Positions 60,708 to 64,000 of a DNA stretch of 64,000 bases are shown here, in pieces. Position 1 is the stretch's first letter; each line of letters opens with the position of its first letter. This DNA is from Myxococcales bacterium. GTDB taxonomy: Bacteria > Desulfobacterota > Binatia > HRBIN30. The notes below the pieces were generated by a model. It did no database searches. It was not told the origin of the DNA and was given only the letters and a program-made list of their open reading frames with translations. Where the stretch lies: NCBI GenBank assembly GCA_037445065.1, contig JBBILD010000009.1, forward strand, positions 63,577 through 127,576, given 5' to 3'. The translations under genes and the position numbers were made by a program.

Positions 60708-61208
60708 ATGGACGAACCAAAGTTCTCGAACCGCCAAGGCACCGCGGGTGAGACGCTGCGTGCGGCGCGGGACCGCTACTTTGCCGAGAACGGTTTCGAC
60801 GAGCGCAGTTACGCTTCAGCGTGGGTGCGGCTCGAGGCGGGGCCGGTGCCGCTCTTTTTCCCCAACACTGGTGCACGGGTGCGCGCCGTGCGTTTCCATG
60901 ACCTGCATCACGCACTGACGGGCTACGGAACCTCCTGGACTGGGGAAGCAGAGATCGGCGCTTGGGAGATCGCCTCGGGGTGCGGGCGACACTGGATCGC
61001 ATACCTCCTCAACTTGCAAGCGATGGCCATCGGCCTCTTCCTCTCTCCCCGCCGTGTGTGGGAAGCGTTTCGGCGCGGGCGGCACTCCGGTAACTTTTAC
61101 CGCTGCGAGTTCGAGGGCATCGATCTCGATCGCCCTGCCGATGCCTACCGGGAAGCATTGGGACTCATCCGCACTTCCCTGCCACCTGTTCGCGCGCGAC
61201 GTGCTTAA
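60708..61208 (+). CDS. Coq4-like (HDxxH-x(10-13)-E motif) protein
   Basis: FHDLHHALTGYGTSWTGEAEIGAWE fits the Coq4-family zinc-ligand motif. ATG 60708; the longer tracked ORF overlaps the preceding hydrolase. Confidence 0.6.
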   Translation: MDEPKFSNRQGTAGETLRAARDRYFAENGFDERSYASAWVRLEAGPVPLFFPNTGARVRAVRFHDLHHALTGYGTSWTGEAEIGAWEIASGCGRHWIAYLLNLQAMAIGLFLSPRRVWEAFRRGRHSGNFYRCEFEGIDLDRPADAYREALGLIRTSLPPVRARRA

Positions 61209-61845
61209 CTTTGCAGTCGCTTGCACTGCCGGTCTCGCCCTTTTGGGCGCTGCCCTGATTCCGCTCGCCGCTGTACTGGGTGGGACCACCGCGCTCGGCC
61301 GGCTCGTCTGGCAGGCCTTCCTGCCAGGATGACGGACCGAGCGCCACCGCTGCCCGGCCGGCCGCGCCAACTGCTGCGCGGGCAAAGGAATCCGCGCACA
61401 CCGATTCGCAGCGGCCAAAATCCACGCGGCGCCAGAGGCACAAGGCATGCGCCGTCCGGCTGATCCAGGGCGGGAGGCTGAGCCGGCTGCGGCCAGAGTG
61501 CGGGCCAGCCACTGCCCGTACAGCCGCGCTCCAGGTTTAAAGGCCCCGAAAAGGTCGCTCGAAGCTTTGCCTCAGGTTTCCACACCCATAACTTTACTTT
61601 TGCTCCGAACTCCGTCGGTGCTCACCGCGGCCGCGAGTGCGACGCGATCTCGCGATCGCCTCAGGCGAAGAGTTCTCACCCGCGCTGCTTTGTCTCGTAA
61701 CGCTGCAAAGCGTTACTTCTTGCACAAGCCGTGCTGGTGCAGTTTTCCGCGGCCGCGCGCGTCCCCACTGCAACGCCCCCGAATACGGGTTCGTCTGTGC
61801 CTCCCGCGCTGCGCCCTTGAGGGGCTCCCGTGCTACAGGCGCGGC

Positions 61846-62121
61846 ATGGACTGGAGGCTGTTTCTCTCGACCTTTGTCGCCATTTTCCTTGCCGAGATCG
61901 GCGACAAAACCCAACTTGCGACTCTTTCCCTTTCCGCAGGCGGGTCTTCGCGGTGGGCTGTGTTTCTCGGCGCTGCCCTCGCGCTGGTGACCACCTCAGC
62001 CGTTGCCGTGCTAGCTGGGGAGGCGGTGAGTCGAGTCGTATCGCCGGAGTGGCTGCGCTGTGCGGCCGGAGTCTGCTTTCTGCTCCTCGGTGCCTTTTTC
62101 TTGCTCAGTAAAGGCGACTGA
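61846..62121 (+). CDS. UPF0016 / GDT1 (TMEM165) family cation transporter, single-repeat half-size form
   Basis: MDWRLFLSTFVAIFLAEIGDKTQLATL carries the E-x-G-D-K-T signature once. 91 aa with three hydrophobic helices. Confidence 0.8.
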   Translation: MDWRLFLSTFVAIFLAEIGDKTQLATLSLSAGGSSRWAVFLGAALALVTTSAVAVLAGEAVSRVVSPEWLRCAAGVCFLLLGAFFLLSKGD

Positions 62122-62362
62122 GCCAAACCCACAAAGCGTTCCGCCAGGCTGCGGTCGTGCCCGCTCGGTAGCGGCCAAGCGGCAACTAGGCAGGATCTCG
62201 AGGCAAATGAGGGGCCCGGTGGGCAGGCCACTCGAGACGCGGCTCCGTTTTCCAAGCCCAATGGTCAGGCGCCACGCGGCGTCACCGGTAACGTGGAAGC
62301 TGTTGGCGATCGCCTTGATGTTGGGAGCGTGTCTCATGCGGAAGAACGCGGATAGGGTTGCC

Positions 62363-62683
62363 TTACTTTCCGCCGGCCTGCGGGGGTCGCTGCCCGATCC
62401 AATAGGTGGCACCCGAGTTCCCCACGTGAGCGGTGTGGATGGTACCAGCCGGAAGCATCAAGCGGTCGCCCGGGCCCAGGCGATAATCACGGTCGCCGAT
62501 GTGAAACGTGATTTCCCCGTCAATGACCCAGAGGCTTTCGTCGTGCGCGTGCGAGTGTGGTTCGTAGGTCGCGCCTGGGACATCGTGCCAGCGGAAAGGA
62601 TCGAAGCCCTCTTCGACCAAACGCTCGCGCAGTGCCTCCTCGTCTACCGGTCCGCCTGGCCAAGGAATCCGTTCCAAGCGCAT
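62363..62683 (-). CDS. Cupin domain protein
   Basis: PHSHAHDESLWVIDGEITFHIGDRDYRLGPGDRLMLPAGTIHTA (cupin motifs 1 and 2). AAGGAGG precedes ATG 62683. Confidence 0.8.
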   Translation of the reverse strand: MRLERIPWPGGPVDEEALRERLVEEGFDPFRWHDVPGATYEPHSHAHDESLWVIDGEITFHIGDRDYRLGPGDRLMLPAGTIHTAHVGNSGATYWIGQRPPQAGGK

Positions 62684-62896
62684 GCTGCCTCCTTGCTTTT
62701 TCTCTTCCTCGCCCCACCCCGGCTTTCCTGAACCGCACTTTTCGTTCGGGTAGCGCCTGCGTTGTGCCCCCTGCAACTCCCACCGGGGGCACCCTTGTCC
62801 CATCCTGCGCAGCGCGCTTGTAACGCGAATACCCCGTTGCGGTCAGCGCCGCCGCAACCTAGCGACTCCATGGCAGGTGCGAAGGAGGGTACGAGG

Positions 62897-64000
62897 ATGG
62901 CGATCTCGATCACGATGCCGAAACTCAGCGACACCATGGAGGAGGGGACGATCCTGCGCTGGTACAAGCGAGTGGGCGATCCGGTCAAGAAAGGCGAGGT
63001 GATCGCGGAAGTGGAGACCGACAAGGCCGATATGGAACTCGAAGCCGAGCAGAGCGGCGTGGTCGTGGAGATCAAAGTTCCGGAAGGAGAGAGCGCTCCG
63101 GTGGGTGCCGTGCTGGCGATTCTATCGGAGGCGCCCACCGCTGCAAGTGCGCAGCCTCCGACCGGGGAACAAGTTGCCAGGCGCGAGCCGAAACCTTCCC
63201 CACCAGCCGGCGGACCCGCTCCGCAGCCGGCCAAAGAAGCGCGTCCTGCCGGCCAGCCAACCCCCGCCGCTAGCGGGCGCGAGCAAGCAACGCCGGCCCA
63301 CGCTCCTTCGCTGACCGCCGCTCCTGCCAAAGAAGAAGCGCCTGCACCCCCTCCGACGCTGCGCTGGAAACCGCGCCTCACGAGCACGGCGCTGCCTGCG
63401 GGCCGTCATGAAGAAAGCCGGCTCCGGCAAACTGTGGCCAAGCAAATGACCCAGTCCAAGCGCGAGATCCCCCATTTCTACGTCGCCAGCGAAATCGACA
63501 TGACCGAGGCGGCTCGCCTGCGCGAGCAACTCCTCGAGGCTCGGCTGTTCCCGGAGCGGATTACCTTCACGCACTTGCTGATCCGGGCGCTAGCCCTGGT
63601 GCTGCCCCGCCACCCGCGCGTGAACGCGTCGTGGGTAGACGGTGCCGTGCAAATCCACTCGGACATCAACATCGCCATTGCGGTGGCTGTGGAAGACGGC
63701 TTGGTGGCCCCTGTCCTACACCGCTGCCAGGAACTCAGTTTGCGGGAAATTGCGCAAGCCACGCAAGGCTTGGTGGAGAAAGCACAAGCCGGGAAATTCA
63801 CCGGCTCCGAACTCACCGGTGCCACCTTTACGATCTCGAACATGGGCATGCTCGACATTGACTCGTTCAGCGCCGTGATCACCCCGCCCCAAGCCGCGAT
63901 CCTCGCCGTGGGCAGTATTCGCGAGCGCCCGGTGGTCCGAGATGGCAGCCTCGCGGTGGCGAAAACCATGCGGGTCACGCTCTCCGCCGATCACCGAGTA
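62897..64000 (+). CDS. 2-oxoacid dehydrogenase complex E2 (dihydrolipoamide acyltransferase), 3'-truncated by the window edge
   Basis: Lipoyl domain MPKLSDTMEEGTILRWYKRVGDPVKKGEVIAEVETDKADMELEA, an Ala/Pro linker, and the catalytic domain (IPHFYV..., FTISNMGM, TLSADHRV at the window end). GAAGGAGGG precedes the ATG. The frame is open to nt 64000. Confidence 0.9.
   Translation, partial: MAISITMPKLSDTMEEGTILRWYKRVGDPVKKGEVIAEVETDKADMELEAEQSGVVVEIKVPEGESAPVGAVLAILSEAPTAASAQPPTGEQVARREPKPSPPAGGPAPQPAKEARPAGQPTPAASGREQATPAHAPSLTAAPAKEEAPAPPPTLRWKPRLTSTALPAGRHEESRLRQTVAKQMTQSKREIPHFYVASEIDMTEAARLREQLLEARLFPERITFTHLLIRALALVLPRHPRVNASWVDGAVQIHSDINIAIAVAVEDGLVAPVLHRCQELSLREIAQATQGLVEKAQAGKFTGSELTGATFTISNMGMLDIDSFSAVITPPQAAILAVGSIRERPVVRDGSLAVAKTMRVTLSADHRV

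Noticed and set aside
59800-61002. 400-aa minus-strand ORF spanning the alpha/beta hydrolase and Coq4-like genes
   Set aside because: It is antisense to two genes with clear catalytic motifs, and its composition is Arg/Ala/Pro-dominated. It is a GC artefact.
61500-61845. yybP-ykoY manganese riboswitch upstream of the UPF0016 gene
   Set aside because: The conserved GGGGAGUAG-type core and its partner segments are not visible in the leader. Only a covariance-model search could settle this.

Overview
This is a 64-kb, high-GC (about two-thirds G+C by eye), gene-dense chromosomal segment from a Gram-negative-type bacterium. The lineage cannot be assigned without a database search. I support about 55 CDS, one tRNA, one palindromic repeat element and one duplicated gene fragment.

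Content is mostly core housekeeping:
- DNA repair and chromosome maintenance: recB (3' end) and recD, mutS, mutS2, xerD, a Cho-like UvrC homologue, and an M50-protease/trpS/scpA/scpB/rluB string.
- Other core functions: tsaC (Sua5 type), glnD, ispG, initiator tRNA-fMet, and the 5' part of a 2-oxoacid dehydrogenase E2.
- Transport: two DppD/DppF-type ABC ATPases, a seven-gene Mrp (Mnh) cation/proton antiporter operon and an adjoining CaCA exchanger.
- A five-gene MoxR/DUF58/VWA (Bat-like) module.
- Assorted oxidoreductases and hydrolases.

Many neighbouring genes share ATGA or GTGA stop/start overlaps.

I did not find a convincing, clearly novel multi-gene system, and most of the window looks ordinary. 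The least ordinary locus is 47.2-49.7 kb. There, a ~220-nt copy of the 3' end of the CaCA gene recurs 1.34 kb downstream in degraded form, and the two copies bracket a DUF1330 gene. Low-coding DNA and a possible gene remnant follow.

Other items worth a second look:
- a 164-nt out-of-frame scpB/rluB overlap
- an 84-nt nested-palindrome (REP-like) element in a 654-bp divergent intergenic region
- a modular secreted protein with a haem motif and dockerin-like repeats
- an uncharacterised first gene in the MoxR/VWA module
- a 640-bp non-coding stretch ahead of a half-size UPF0016/GDT1 gene

All functional calls come from motif recognition by eye in the translations. No searches were run.
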